From contig OZ237741.1 of the NCBI GenBank assembly GCA_965178125.1, forward strand, positions 992,001 through 1,056,000: a stretch of 64,000 nt of DNA, written 5' to 3'. Source of the stretch: Bilabrum cf. latius (taxonomy: Eukaryota). Shown piece by piece: positions 22,742 to 34,700 of this stretch. The notes below the pieces were generated by a model, which ran no database searches, had not been told where the DNA came from, and worked only from the letters and a program-made list of their open reading frames with translations. Numbering within the stretch: position 1 is the first letter of the stretch; each line of letters starts with the position of its first letter. The position numbers and the translations under genes are program-made.

Positions 22742-24460
22742 TCAGTTTGAGCCTGCACCGGGAGTCGTCCCGGAGGCCCCCACGTACCCACCGACACCGC
22801 CACCGTGGGGGGGGGCCTCCTCCTCGCGCGCTGGCCCCCCGCTCGGCTCTTGTGCCTGTCGGTGTGGGCGAGGCAAAAACAAGAATTAAAAAAATCAGTT
22901 TGAGCCTGCACCGGGAGTCGTCCCGGAGGCCCCCACGTACCCACCGACACCGCCACCGTGGGGGGGGGCCTCCTCCTCGCGCGCTGGCCCCCCGCTCGGC
23001 TCTTGTGCCTGTCGGTGTGGGCGAGGCAAAAAACAAGAATTAAAAAAATCAGTTTGAGCCTGCACCGGGAGTCGTCCCGGAGGCCCCCACGTACCCACCG
23101 ACACCGCCACCGTGTGGGGGGGCCTCCTCCTCGCGCGCTGGCCCCCCGCTCGGCTCTTGTGCCTGTCGGTGTGGGCGAGGCAAAAAACAAGAATTAAAAA
23201 AATCAGTTTGAGCCTGCACCGGGAGTCGTCCCGGAGGCCCCCACGTACCCACCGACACCGCCACCGTGGGGGGGGGCCTCCTCCTCGCGCGCTGGCCCCC
23301 CGCTCGGCTCTTGTGCCTGTCGGTGTGGGCGAGGCAAAAAACAAGAATTAAAAAAATCAGTTTGAGCCTGCACCGGGAGTCGTCCCGGAGGCCCCCACGT
23401 ACCCACCGACACCGCCACCGTGTGGGGGGGCCTCCTCCTCGCGCGCTGGCCCCCCGCTCGGCTCTTGTGCCTGTCGGTGTGGGCGAGGCAAAAAACAAGA
23501 ATTAAAAAAATCAGTTTGAGCCTGCACCGGGAGTCGTCCCGGAGGCCCCCACGTACCCACCGACACCGCCACCGTGGGGGGGGGCCTCCTCCTCGCGCGC
23601 TGGCCCCCCGCTCGGCTCTTGTGCCTGTCGGTGTGGGCGAGGCAAAAAACAAGAATTAAAAAAATCAGTTTGAGCCTGCACCGGGAGTCGTCCCGGAGGC
23701 CCCCACGTACCCACCGACACCGCCACCGTGTGGGGGGGCCTCCTCCTCGCGCGCTGGCCCCCCGCTCGGCTCTTGTGCCTGTCGGTGTGGGCGAGGCAAA
23801 AAACAAGAATTAAAAAAATCAGTTTGAGCCTGCACCGGGAGTCGTCCCGGAGGCCCCCACGTACCCACCGACACCGCCACCGTGGGGGGGGGCCTCCTCC
23901 TCGCGCGCTGGCCCCCCGCTCGGCTCTTGTGCCTGTCGGTGTGGGCGAGGCAAAAAACAAGAATTAAAAAAATCAGTTTGAGCCTGCACCGGGAGTCGTC
24001 CCGGAGGCCCCCACGTACCCACCGACACCGCCACCGTGTGGGGGGGCCTCCTCCTCGCGCGCTGGCCCCCCGCTCGGCTCTTGTGCCTGTCGGTGTGGGC
24101 GAGGCAAAAAACAAGAATTAAAAAAATCAGTTTGAGCCTGCACCGGGAGTCGTCCCGGAGGCCCCCACGTACCCACCGACACCGCCACCGTGTGGGGGGG
24201 CCTCCTCCTCGCGCGCTGGCCCCCCGCTCGGCTCTTGTGCCTGTCGGTGTGGGCGAGGCAAAAAACAAGAATTAAAAAAATCAGTTTGAGCCTGCACCGG
24301 GAGTCGTCCCGGAGGCCCCCACGTACCCACCGACACCGCCACCGTGTGGGGGGGCCTCCTCCTCGCGCGCTGGCCCCCCGCTCGGCTCTTGTGCCTGTCG
24401 GTGTGGGCGAGGCAAAAAACAAGAATTAAAAAAATCAGTTTGAGCCTGCACCGGGAGTCG
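22742..24460 (-). repeat. 154-bp tandem array (11 units) abutting tRNA-Gln; each unit ends in a copy of the tRNA 3' end and its oligo-T trailer
   Basis: TCAGTTTGAGCCTGCACCGGGAGTCG recurs at 22742, 22895 and then every 154 bp to 24435. The last occurrence is the tRNA's own 3' end. Confidence 0.97.
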
Positions 24461-24514
24461 AACCCGGGTCCCTAGATTCAGAGTCTAATGTACTGACCGT
24501 TGTACGATGCTGGC
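24443..24514 (-). tRNA. tRNA-Gln, anticodon CTG (identical to 17679-17750)
   Basis: Exact reverse complement of the first copy, with a T7 run downstream. Confidence 0.93.
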
Positions 24515-25157
24515 GAACTGACTTGGTTGGCCGTTTAGTAAATACAATTGCGCACAATGAATGAATGCGTGTACAAATGCCGTTGCATTGATTCGACAGA
24601 GACACTAAGCAAGTGGCCCCTCAGAGTGTATTGCCAATGACATTTGCGACATCTGAACAAAGATTCTCGAATTAATAATTCCCCTTTGCTCAGCCTCGCT
24701 ATAGCTATAGGGTACGAAGGACTCTCGCCAGACCCGCTCCTTAACTCAGGCCTGTCTTTCGTCTGCTCCCTGGATAGATAAGTACAACAAACAGTAGTAG
24801 AGCGAATTCATTATTTTGCTAGCTTGTCGAAACGAGCGCACAACAAACAGGTATGATGTCTAGATCATCGAGTTTCTTGGAATGTGGTGCCGTGCTTGCA
24901 GATGTCCCGACAAGCCTTTCTCTGAGATAGATTATCGCCGAGTCGGACTGAACCGTCTCCTTACCAAGAAAAAAACGCGCATTGAGGCTCCCACCGAATG
25001 AGTCGTCATCGCGTACCACCCAAATTTCAGAGCAGATGCGATGCTTGAACCAGCATGATGTCACACACACGCAAGCCCTACTCAAGTGACCCGTTCCAGC
25101 ACCCAAGATGGTCACCAGGCGCCCCTTGTCCCGGCGGTCCAACCGATGCGAGCGCTC

Positions 25158-26328
25158 TTACCCCCGGCCGCCGGACCCTGCCTTGCCCTTGCCCTTGCCC
25201 TTGCCCTTGCCCTGCTTCTTCTTGCCCTTCCCGCCGCTGCCACCACTGGCGCCCCTCTTGTTCTTGCTCGCGTTCCCTTCCCTCGGAAGGATGCCGGGAA
25301 CGTGTGCAGGGAGGCGGATCCCGAGCGCCACCGCAACCAGCTGCCGCATGTCCCGAATGAAGCGCGGGAACCTCCTCGCCCGCACGCCAGCCATCAGCTA
25401 AGCACCGTCGCGCGCCCACCCGCTGCGGGCGAACCGGAGCGCGTCGTACCACCCGCCGGCGTGGGGCTCGGAGGACCCCTTGTCCTTGGGCCGCCCCATC
25501 ACCTGCTTCAGGGTCTCTTTCCAGGCCTTGAATCCGTGCAGGCTTGCGAGCGCCCCAAACATCCCCCAGAGTTGCTCGAGGGACCCCTGCAGCACGGGGT
25601 CTTTGGTCCGGCTCTTCGTTGCGCCGCACCGACCGCCTAGCGACCTCCGTGTCGTAGCCGGCATCATCGGGGGTCAAGTTGCCGCTCTTGAGGGTGTGGA
25701 CCACCCCGGCCGGGGGTCAAGTTGCCGCTCTTGAGGGTGTGGACCACCCCGGCCGGGGGTCAAGTTGCCGCTCTTGAGGGTGTGGACCACCCCGGCCGGG
25801 GGTCAAGTTGCCGCTCTTGAGGGTGTGGACCACCCCGGCCGCCCACGCGACCGCTGCGTAGATCGACCTCTGCAGCCCCTGCCAGCGTTTCTCGAGGATT
25901 GCTCGCCTGCACGCCTCGGCGGCCTCCTTGAGCTGCTCAGCAAGCCTTGACCTGCCCCGATTGCCGCTCCCGAACGCGCTGTCCAGTCCTGGGGGCTGCA
26001 GAGGGGTCGCGTGGTGGTCAGGGCGTGCCGGTGCTGGGGTGGCGGCGATGGTGGCTGACAACGCTGACGACGGTGTCGAGGCAGAGGCGGAGGCCGGCTG
26101 GGAGCCCCCGCTCCCGTCCATGGCTGCAGAGGACGAGGACGAGGACGATGACGATGACGAGGAGGATGAGGAGGACGAGGAGGAACACGCAGCAGCAGCA
26201 GCAGCAGCCGCACCTCCAGCCGCCCTCAGGCCCTTGGCAGCCTCTAACAGGCGCTGCACGAAGAGGCTAGCCACACCGCCCCTGTGGCTCGTCTTGCCGC
26301 GGCTCCCAGACGAGAGGTTGCGCAGCAT
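25158..26328 (-). pseudogene. Hypothetical protein gene apparently disrupted by a 43-bp repeat expansion
   Basis: Protein-like frames on both sides of the repeat; a possible 58-nt intron would join DTE|GSLEQLWG. TAG at 25398, Lys/Gly tail ending at TAA 25158. TGA 25717 lies inside the repeat. Start uncertain. Confidence 0.35.
25669..25840. repeat. 43-bp perfect tandem repeat x4
   Basis: GGGGGTCAAGTTGCCGCTCTTGAGGGTGTGGACCACCCCGGCC starting at 25669, 25712, 25755 and 25798. Confidence 0.95.
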
Positions 26329-27190
26329 GTCGGCGGTCACCGACCCCACGCCGATGCCTTTTTTGCCAATGCCTCAGCTGCTAGTTTTCAATGTTAATTT
26401 TCCATCTCGCACGACTGCCGGCATCCGCGGCAGGGCCTCACCACCTGCAAGCAAAGAGCCGAGCAGGGCGCGCGCGGGGGCCGGGCTGTGCAGCTGGAGT
26501 CGATAATTTGGAGCAAGTGCTCGGGGCCACGGCCAGCTGTTCCGTGTCGCGACTTGGCACTCCGCAGGTTCGATTTCTTGGCATCGAAAAGGTAGACTGA
26601 CAAAGCGGAATCGAGCATGCATGCCGGATTGGGCACAGCACGCAGAGACGCGTCGTAGCCTCTTGCCCGCCTTGGCCAGCTGCATGTCTTCTGCACTAGC
26701 CGTTGCAATCGCTGGGTGAGGAGTTCTACCGGATGGATGTTCATACACACAAAACGCATCGTTTCACAACCTAATTTGTGCTGTGGTTTGCCTTATTCTG
26801 TAAAACATTTGCAGAAAGCTAATCGTCCAATTCAATCGTCGTCGCCACCCTCGTGACGCCGTCCTAGACGACCCTCGCCCAGCACCTGCTTCTGCGGCAC
26901 TCATCGAGACTCCCGGTCCAGTGCATTACAGTCAAGAAGGCACTGTACCCCACCACGGTGGATTTGTGCTGCAGCCGGCGCTCCCAGATCCTCGGGCTCA
27001 GTGTCCTGAGGAGGTGCTTGGCCGGGGACAGCAGCAGCAGCAGCAGCAGCAGCAGCCGCAGCTGCTCCACCTACTAGTACCCTGAGCTCATCCGCCCACC
27101 GAGTCGAGTGCTGCCGGCCCTGCTCCCTGCTGCTGGTCGATTTCCTCCCTTGGTTGATACGATAAACTAACCCAAGAAGTCATTTTAATA

Positions 27191-28558
27191 TCATAGCTGC
27201 AGCTTGTCCTGGGGAGTCTGCGGGTACTGGTTCTGCTGCGGTGCAGGAGGAGCCGTCGGTGGCGGGTAGTATTGCTGCTGCTGCTGCTGCTGCCCCTACG
27301 GCTGGCCCGATGTCGCCGACGCAGGAACCTGTTGCAGATTCGGATATCCTGCCGCTGGATTCGGCTGTGCCTGCGCTGTTTTGTGGAAACCGGGCTGGCC
27401 CGTTGGAGGGGCCCCGTGGTACGGCTGCACGGGGGCTGGGCCTGCGTTCACTGGGAACGTGGGGGCAGTGCCGTCCGCCCTGGACTGTGCGTCGCACAGC
27501 ATCTGAGTGATGGCGCTGCGATCACAGGAAGAAACGAAAATAATATCTCGGTTAGGGATCCAATCGCTGCAGGATTCTGCATAGGCTGTGAGAGGCGTGA
27601 TTTTCTGGCGCAAGGCAAAGCAGATTTGGCATGGATTTCCACATCCTCACCATCCCCCGCAGCAGCACGCCAGGATCACGTCCTCTCCGATGTTTCCTTG
27701 GACGCGCAGTTTCTCCCTGTACCCGTTCCGCACCGCTGCTAGGCCAAGCCACCCGAAGCAGCAGACCGCACCGCAGCCCATCAGCCAGGCGGCGCCGTCG
27801 TCCTGCGTGCAATTGGGAGGTGCTGCTGGAGAATTGCTGTGCTAATGACACGCGACAATCGGGCCGGTAGTGCCTCCTGGCCACCGCAGCCCCGGGCAAG
27901 CGCAAACAAACCAACCGGAGGATGTAGGGACGGGGGCGTGGGCAGCCGGCGATCTCTAGTAGCCGCTGAAGGTCCGTGGCATGGCCCAGACGATCCGCGC
28001 TGCGCGCTCACATGATACGATTCGCACACCGTACCTGCGCACATTCAAATAAATGACCCAATTGCTTCTGTCATTGGCAGTGCTGGACTAGATGTAGTCA
28101 TTGCGGTCGTGCCGAACAAGGACATCGACTCCAGACGATTCGAGACGTGCCGTGATACTCACCGGCTGCGCAGGGCTGCGAACAAAAGGCACGGAAGCAA
28201 AAATTTCGAAGGGAATGATACACACGCTGGAGTCCGGTAGGCGGCGACTCGCTCGACGCGTAGATCGGGATCGCCAGGCCAGTCAACTGATCCACCCATC
28301 GACGACGCGCTAGTAGCGGTCGTTTGGCTGCCTACTCACGGTGCAAAGAAATCCGTACAGGCATGTTGGGAATCCTTTGGCACAACTGCGAGCAAAAGAA
28401 GCGCCAAAGGAAAACCGCTACGAACGGCATGTCGCAGAGCTGGCTCAAGCCTACCTTGCCCGGGGTAGCACGACGGCGGGGGTTAGACCAAGCAATCCGA
28501 GAAATTCTTTCACTTACCAGTCGCACAAGTCATGTGCAAACGGCATTCGGTTCGACAT
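27191..28558 (-). CDS. PLAC8-family Cys-rich protein with Pro/Gln-rich tail (6 exons)
   Basis: Exons 28518-28558, 28340-28385, 28163-28175, 28012-28034, 27651-27802, 27191-27515, all GT-AG with consistent phases. They give HDLCDCCAKGFPTCLYGFLCTPCAAG...RNGYREKLRVQGNIGEDVILACCCGGCAITQ. TAG27296 precedes GQQQQQQQ; TGA stop. Confidence 0.8.
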
Positions 28559-29066
28559 TGCTTAGGGGGAAGCTGGCGAACTGTTCCGGAAGATTCTTCT
28601 GAGAGCTGAAGCGAGCAAAGACGCGAGACTGCGCCTGATCTTCGGGAAGTCAAACAAGGGGGCACTTTTTTGTTATTGCGATCTGCCACTACTAAGTGGT
28701 ATGCAGAGCTAGTTTTGTGCGCAAGCACGGGGAAGTGATCCTAGGATTTGTCCTGGCTCCGGAATCATCAGTCATTTCGGTCGGAAACTGTTGCTTGGCA
28801 CCGGCGGCACGTCTTAATACGTTGATAGTGCCCGATATTTGCACAACAAATCCAGAGTCTGTCCAACGACGGACGCAAGCTCCCTTCCCTAGAGCACCAG
28901 CTCATGTCACGCATTTGTCGCAAAGCGCTGCAAGCAGCACTACCTGTGGATCAAGTCCGAACCAACCCATGAATAATCAAATCATGATATCGTGGATTGT
29001 ACCCGGTGGAAAGCGAGCGACTCAGTGGGACTGCGCCGTCCCGTCAATCATTCACGCACTCCCTCA

Positions 29067-31412
29067 TCAAAGATCCCCGCCGGCGTGCTCCAACCCGACA
29101 GAGCTGCCGCCGCCTCCGATCCCGCCGGCCACAGCCCCAGCAGCTTCGTCCTGAACGTGATCCGGATGAAGCGGGAAGCCCGCCAGCCACGCGGGCCCCC
29201 GCAGCAGGAGCCCCGCCAGGCTCCGGAGGTCTGGCACGGGGAGCCAGGCCCACGGGTTGGCAGCGTCCACCCAGTCGGGGGCGCAGTTCCCGTGCGTTCC
29301 CACGTAGGCAAACACCGCGACGTAGTGCAGCATGCTGGCCAGCAGCACCAGCAGGTACCAGACCGACCGTCGGGCGCTGTAGGGAGGCGCCCTCCTTTGC
29401 GTGATGTACGCCACCGCGCCCGCGGAGTAGATGATCCCTCCCGCCACCAGCAGGACGACCCCCATGGGGTCCACGCACACGCGCACCCACGGCGTGGCCA
29501 CGAGGCCCAGCCAGCCCATCGCAAGGTACAGGAGCCTCTTCACGGTGGGCCAGGGGCCCTTCCTCGCGCACGACACGGAGATGTACAGGCCTACAAAGGA
29601 GAAGATCCACGCTGCCACGAGGACCGCTCTGCCAACCAGGAGGTGCCTCATGTTCACGAGGACAAAGGGCGTGTACGTCCCCGCGATCAGCACGAATATG
29701 GCCGAGTGGTCGATCACGTGGAACATGCGGCTCGTAGATCGGAGCAAGAAGAAGCTGTGCCTCAGCGTGGCGGCCAGGTAGAAGACCAGCAGACCCACCA
29801 GGTACACGGCCGCACCCCCCAGGTAGGCCTGGTCCCCCGAGGCATGCGCCCTCTGCAGCAGCGGAATGCCGCCCGCGAGCGCGAGGACGAATCCCACGCC
29901 GTGGATGATGCTGTTGAGCACCTCCTCCTGCACAAAGTTGCCTCCCCACCGCACGTCGATCCCGTCCCTCGACTGGCCCCGCTGTCCGATGGCCCACAGC
30001 TCGTCCGCCCGCAGGTCAGGATGGTCCCCCGGGAGGATGCTCTCTGCCAGCCCAACGTCAGGAGGTCCCCCCCCTTGCCCGGGACCCGCCGCCGCAGAGG
30101 AGCTGCGCCCGTTGACCCCGTCATCGATAGCCCCCTCCCTAGGCGTGGCGCTGGACCCGCCGGAGGACTCGGTTCGCACAGACCCGGGGAGCCCCGGCGG
30201 AGCCCCGTCGGCTGTTCCCTGGCCCACACGCAGCGGATGCGGCCGCGCAGCATTACCTCCTCTGTTTCTACCGCCGTGAGATGCACCTCGCTCGCTCCCC
30301 TGCTGCGGTTGTTCCCTGGCCCATGCGCCAGCACCCGTCTCTTCGACTTCGCTGCTGCTATCAGCCCGACCGCTGCTACCACCACCGCTGCCGCTGCCTC
30401 CCACCGCAGGCAGCTCGGGAAGGCTGGGCGGCCTCGGCAGCGGCGTGATGGCATCCCTGTGTCCTTGCGCCCGCATCCACTCCCCGTCCCCGGCCTCCAT
30501 CAGCCTGGCGCCCTCCTCGTCCACCTCGAATTCCAGCTCCGGGTCCGAGCGTCCGTCCGCGTCCTCCTCGTCCTCCTCCTCGTCGTCGTCGTCTCCCTCG
30601 CGGTGCTCGTTCTCGTGAGGGCGGGTGGTGCGAGCAGGTGCCTCCCCTCTCCCGCTGCTGCTCCCCGCAGACGAGCGCTGGCTTCGCCTCTGCGGCTGGC
30701 CTTCCTGCTGGCCTGCTCCATCTGATCCATATGCGGGGTCACTAGCTCGTGGCGCTACAGAGGCAGACACAGGGGCGGGGCCCCCTTTCTGGCCGAGGAA
30801 AGGCAGGCCGTTCCCGGCTCGGCGCGGCCGGCTAAGCTCCTTCCTGGCCTTCTTGTGGCGCATGCGGCGGGTGAGAGCGTCGTGCAAGCACAGGACTCCT
30901 TTCACGCGAAGACCGTTGTTGCAAACGTCAAGATACCGCAGGCACCTTGACTGCTCCACAATCGGTGCGAGAGCTTTGGCTCCCTTTGTTCCAATTTCGT
31001 TCCCGGCGAGGTTTAGCCACGACATCGACCCGTTCACCGCGAGTGCATTCGCGAGCGCAACCGCCCCTCGGAATGATATGTTGTTGTTCGATAAGTCCAT
31101 TGCTCTGAGGGTCGAGTTGGATCTCAGCATATCCTCCAGCACGTAGCAACCAGAATCGCCAATCTCGCATGCGCTCAAGTCCAGGGAAAGAATCGTTGCC
31201 TCTGCTTTGAGCAGCTCACAGAGTGGGAGAATATCAATTACGCGGAAGGATGCTGGGAGGGCAATGTGGCGCACCTAATCGAGCCTCAGCGCGATGGTCA
31301 CTTCGGCGATCGGTTCCACTCGAAAGCGTTCGCAGATCTGGTAGTAGTAGTCGACCGCATGCACCTCGACTACCTGCCCAGGTGCTTGATGTCTTGGTGG
31401 CTAGAAGGCCAT
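29067..31412 (-). CDS. RNI-like LRR plus haemolysin-III/PAQR membrane domain fusion protein
   Basis: LRRs (LDLSACEIGDSG, MDLSNNNISFRGAVALA). HlyIII motifs EEVLNSIIHG, ATLRH, DHSAIFVLIAGTYTP, YLAMGW. Frame continues upstream through TAG 31275 and 31401; start uncertain; TGA stop. Confidence 0.82.
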
Positions 31413-31752
31413 GAAGGCCCGGGCCAGGATCTCTGCAGCGCCACGCCTTGGAAAGCGGGGATGGTCCAGACCGGATTCGATCGGATCGGTTCCGCTGCCG
31501 CCGGTGGGGTGACTAGGCGCGTGGTGCCGCTGCGTAGTCCCAATGCACGTCTACGGTCCTACACATTTCACGTCAATCGAGTTTCATAATTTATTCAATT
31601 TAGCCCCGAACCGCAGCTCAGCCCCCCCCTTTGGACCCGTGTGCTCGTCGCCTCTAGACCAGCCTACGGCGGTGGTGCCTGCATCATCATGATGTTCCGC
31701 GTGCAAACCACCCGTCCAATCGATCCACGCCCGGAGGTAAGCCCAATGCTTC

Positions 31753-34700
31753 TCACGCCGCCACCTCGATTGGCACGAACAGCGTCGCGTGGGACTCCCC
31801 CTCGATCGACAGCGCGACCCCGGCGCCCCTGCCCTCAGTCCCTCCTCTGCTGCCGGCACCAACCGCGGTCTCCCCTTCTTCCTCTTCATCTTCCTCCTCC
31901 TCTCTATTTACGTCTTCCTCGTCCTCTCCCGCCATCGCCTGCACCACGCCAGTCCCCGCTTCCACCACGGCCACGTAGTACCCCACGCCCAGGTCGCTCA
32001 CGCCGAGCTGCGCCGACCACACATCGCGCGGCGCTCCGACATCTTCCGCATCCGCAAGCTCGCATGCCCTCGCGCGCAGGAGCTCCAAGCGAGTGCCCTA
32101 GGCAGCCAGGGTTCCCAGCGTTGTTCCCTGCACTCCCGAATCATCGTGTTCGTTCATCTGATCCGCACCATTTCCGCCTGGCGTTTCCCCATCACCAACG
32201 CCAAGGGCCCACGTGAAGCCACGGACATTCGCCGGGGTCCGAAACCCGCTCATCACGGCAGGAAGGCCCGCGGACCTGAGCTTGTAGAGGTACACGCACA
32301 CCGTTGGGGGCACCGAAGGTTCGCTGGGGTTCGCTTCGGCGTCTGCAGACGCGGTGGCCTCGGCCGTGCCGTTGGTCCCGGCCCCATTGAGGCGGATGGT
32401 GAGGTGCAGCGCGCCCGAAGCAGGCACCTGCTCGTCTTCGTCCAGCAGCACAGCCCCTGTGTCCTCGTGCACCCGCGGGGGACGGGTAGCCCGGATGACT
32501 TCGCCTGGTTGGGGGAACAGCACCGCCATGCCCATCGGTTTCGGATCGCCGGCAGCAGCACTGCCTGTGCCATTGGGTCGCTGTCCCTGTTCCCGCTCCC
32601 TCTCCCGCTCCCGCTCCTGTGATTCCAGGACCTCCCACTCCGCCTCAGCCAGTTCCACCAGCGAGTGGGCCAGTGACAACGGCATCTTTGGCTTGTTCCC
32701 CAGCCACGGCAGTGCCCTGCACACGAGCGCGTGGTCCGGGTGGCACGAACGCATCACCTTCGGGTCGTAATCGTGAACGAACGTTCGCGAAGGTTCCCGG
32801 ATCCCGGCCTGGCCGCCCGACCTCCAGCTCGCCCAGGACTGAAGCAGGTGCTCGGACCATGAAGAACCAGCGCCCGGGTAGCTAGCGCCACCCGTGGGCA
32901 CCAGCTGCCCAGGCGGCAAGAACCCGCCGGTGGAGGCCTCGTCCGATGCAGCCAGCTGCGGCGACATGCCTCCCGCCGCACCTCCGAGCCCCGCGGCACC
33001 GAATCCATCTCGCCCTCGCCCTCTCCGTCGTCCATTGTCTCCTCCGCGCCGCCGGCTCGTCACCGGCTGCACCTGCATGGACTCAGGGTCTTCCGGTCCT
33101 GTTCCCCCGGAGTGTCGGTCCCTCCACTCCTTGTTCTCCAGCTCTAGTTCCCTGGCCGCCTCCAGCTCGGCCTCGTATGCCGCGGAGTCGCTGGGGGTGT
33201 ACTCCGGGTCTAGGGGCGGGCGGTGAGGATCGTCGTCATCATCGTCATCGTCATCGTCATCGTCCGAGCCCGTGCCCGTGCCCGGTTCTGGTTTGGAGGC
33301 CTGTGAGCCCGGGTCGGCTGCTGCGCCCTGCGACGCATTGCTATCATTGTCTTCACCAGTCCCTTGCTCTAGTTCCCTGTGCTTGTGGGGCTTGCCTCCG
33401 TACCACTGCCCGTTGGTGTGCAGCATGGCACCGGGGACTGCCTGCTGGCAGTGCAGCGGCCTCCAGCTGGAAGGGTCTTGTTCCTCCATCAGCAGCAGGC
33501 CGTGGGAGTCGAAGTGCAGGCCCAGGCCGGGAATCTCGCTGCCGCTGATGAACGTAAACACCGTGCCGCCGCTGCCATCTGCACCTTGCTACCCCGAGCT
33601 TGGCCACGCGTCCACGACCCCACCGGCCTGCTGCAGCCTCTTGAGCATCGGGCCGGCGACAGGATTGTTGTTGTGCTGGTGGGCGCGCACGATCGCCACG
33701 ATCCCCGCCCTCTTTAGCCACCTCCTCGTGATCGCCTCACCGAAGGCAGGGCCCCTACCCCTCGAGAGGGAGAAGGCCTGGCCCCTGTTGATGTTGAAGT
33801 CCGACCACAGGAAACCGAGGGCGGGCTGTGTGCCGGTCGGGGTTGAAGGCCAGTGCCCCCTGGCCGCAGAGGCCGCCCGCACAGCCTCCTCCTCGCTCGT
33901 TACACCAGTCGGCAGCAGCGTGAACGGCTGCACGGAGCCGTTGGCACCCCGCCTGTCGGCCTGCGCCAGAGGCACCGGATGGTGACCCCCCGCGTGGTCG
34001 GAGAACAGGTGCGCGTGCCCCGCTACCTGTCCCCACACCTGCGGCATGTGTTCCCTGGTGTCTCGCAGCCACGGGGATCGCAGCAGGCTGACGATCGGGG
34101 CGTGCAGCACGGAGATGGCACCGTCTGAGCGAGTGCGGAGGGTCGTCTCGGGGTCGTTCGACTGCGCCCGAGGCACGGCTGCCTATACGCTTGCAGACAC
34201 TACGTGCGCATCGCGGTCGCTTGCAGAGAGCAAAGGCCCGGGATCGAATCCCACTTCGAGGCCACCGTGGCACCCCTGCACGAAACCGGCTGCCGGCCTC
34301 TGCTTCCCTGTTCCCGAGCCTCCGGTTTCCTGGCTTCTCACCCCGAAGAATACGGCCACGGGCAGCGAGTCGTACATCCGTGACGTCAGCTGCGCCGCCC
34401 TCAGGATCGTGGGCCTGCCGTCCTACGTAAAAAGGCTCGCATCCTGGGGGAGGTCGTACTTGTGGAGGAGTTCCGCAAGGAAACCGCCGTTCGCGTTCTA
34501 CGATATCTGCTCGTGATTCCCCCTGGCCGCCAGCACGGTCCCGGGGGGAGAGGCGGCGGTGAGGCGGGCGATGGCGTAGATCACCTCTGCTCCGTACGTC
34601 CCCCTGTCCGTATAGTCCCCCAGCAGCAGCATCACGAACCGTCCCTGCCACACGGGTGCCACGCTCCAGTCGTCCAGCAGGTATCCCTTATTCTGGAGGT

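Noticed and set aside
22404-24429. Repeated 79/149-aa ORFs in the array
   Set aside because: By-products of a GC-rich 154-bp period cycling through frames; non-ATG starts and no protein-like content.
17751-24442. Autonomous transposon or endogenous virus between the tRNAs
   Set aside because: No transposase, integrase, reverse transcriptase or capsid gene, no target-site duplication and no compositional shift.
22742-24460. CRISPR array
   Set aside because: Units are essentially identical with no unique spacers, there are no cas genes, and the context is eukaryotic.
26400-27150. Short ORFs with CTG/GCT microsatellite (e.g. 26864-27070)
   Set aside because: No consistent frame or motif; probably PLAC8 3' UTR or intergenic sequence.
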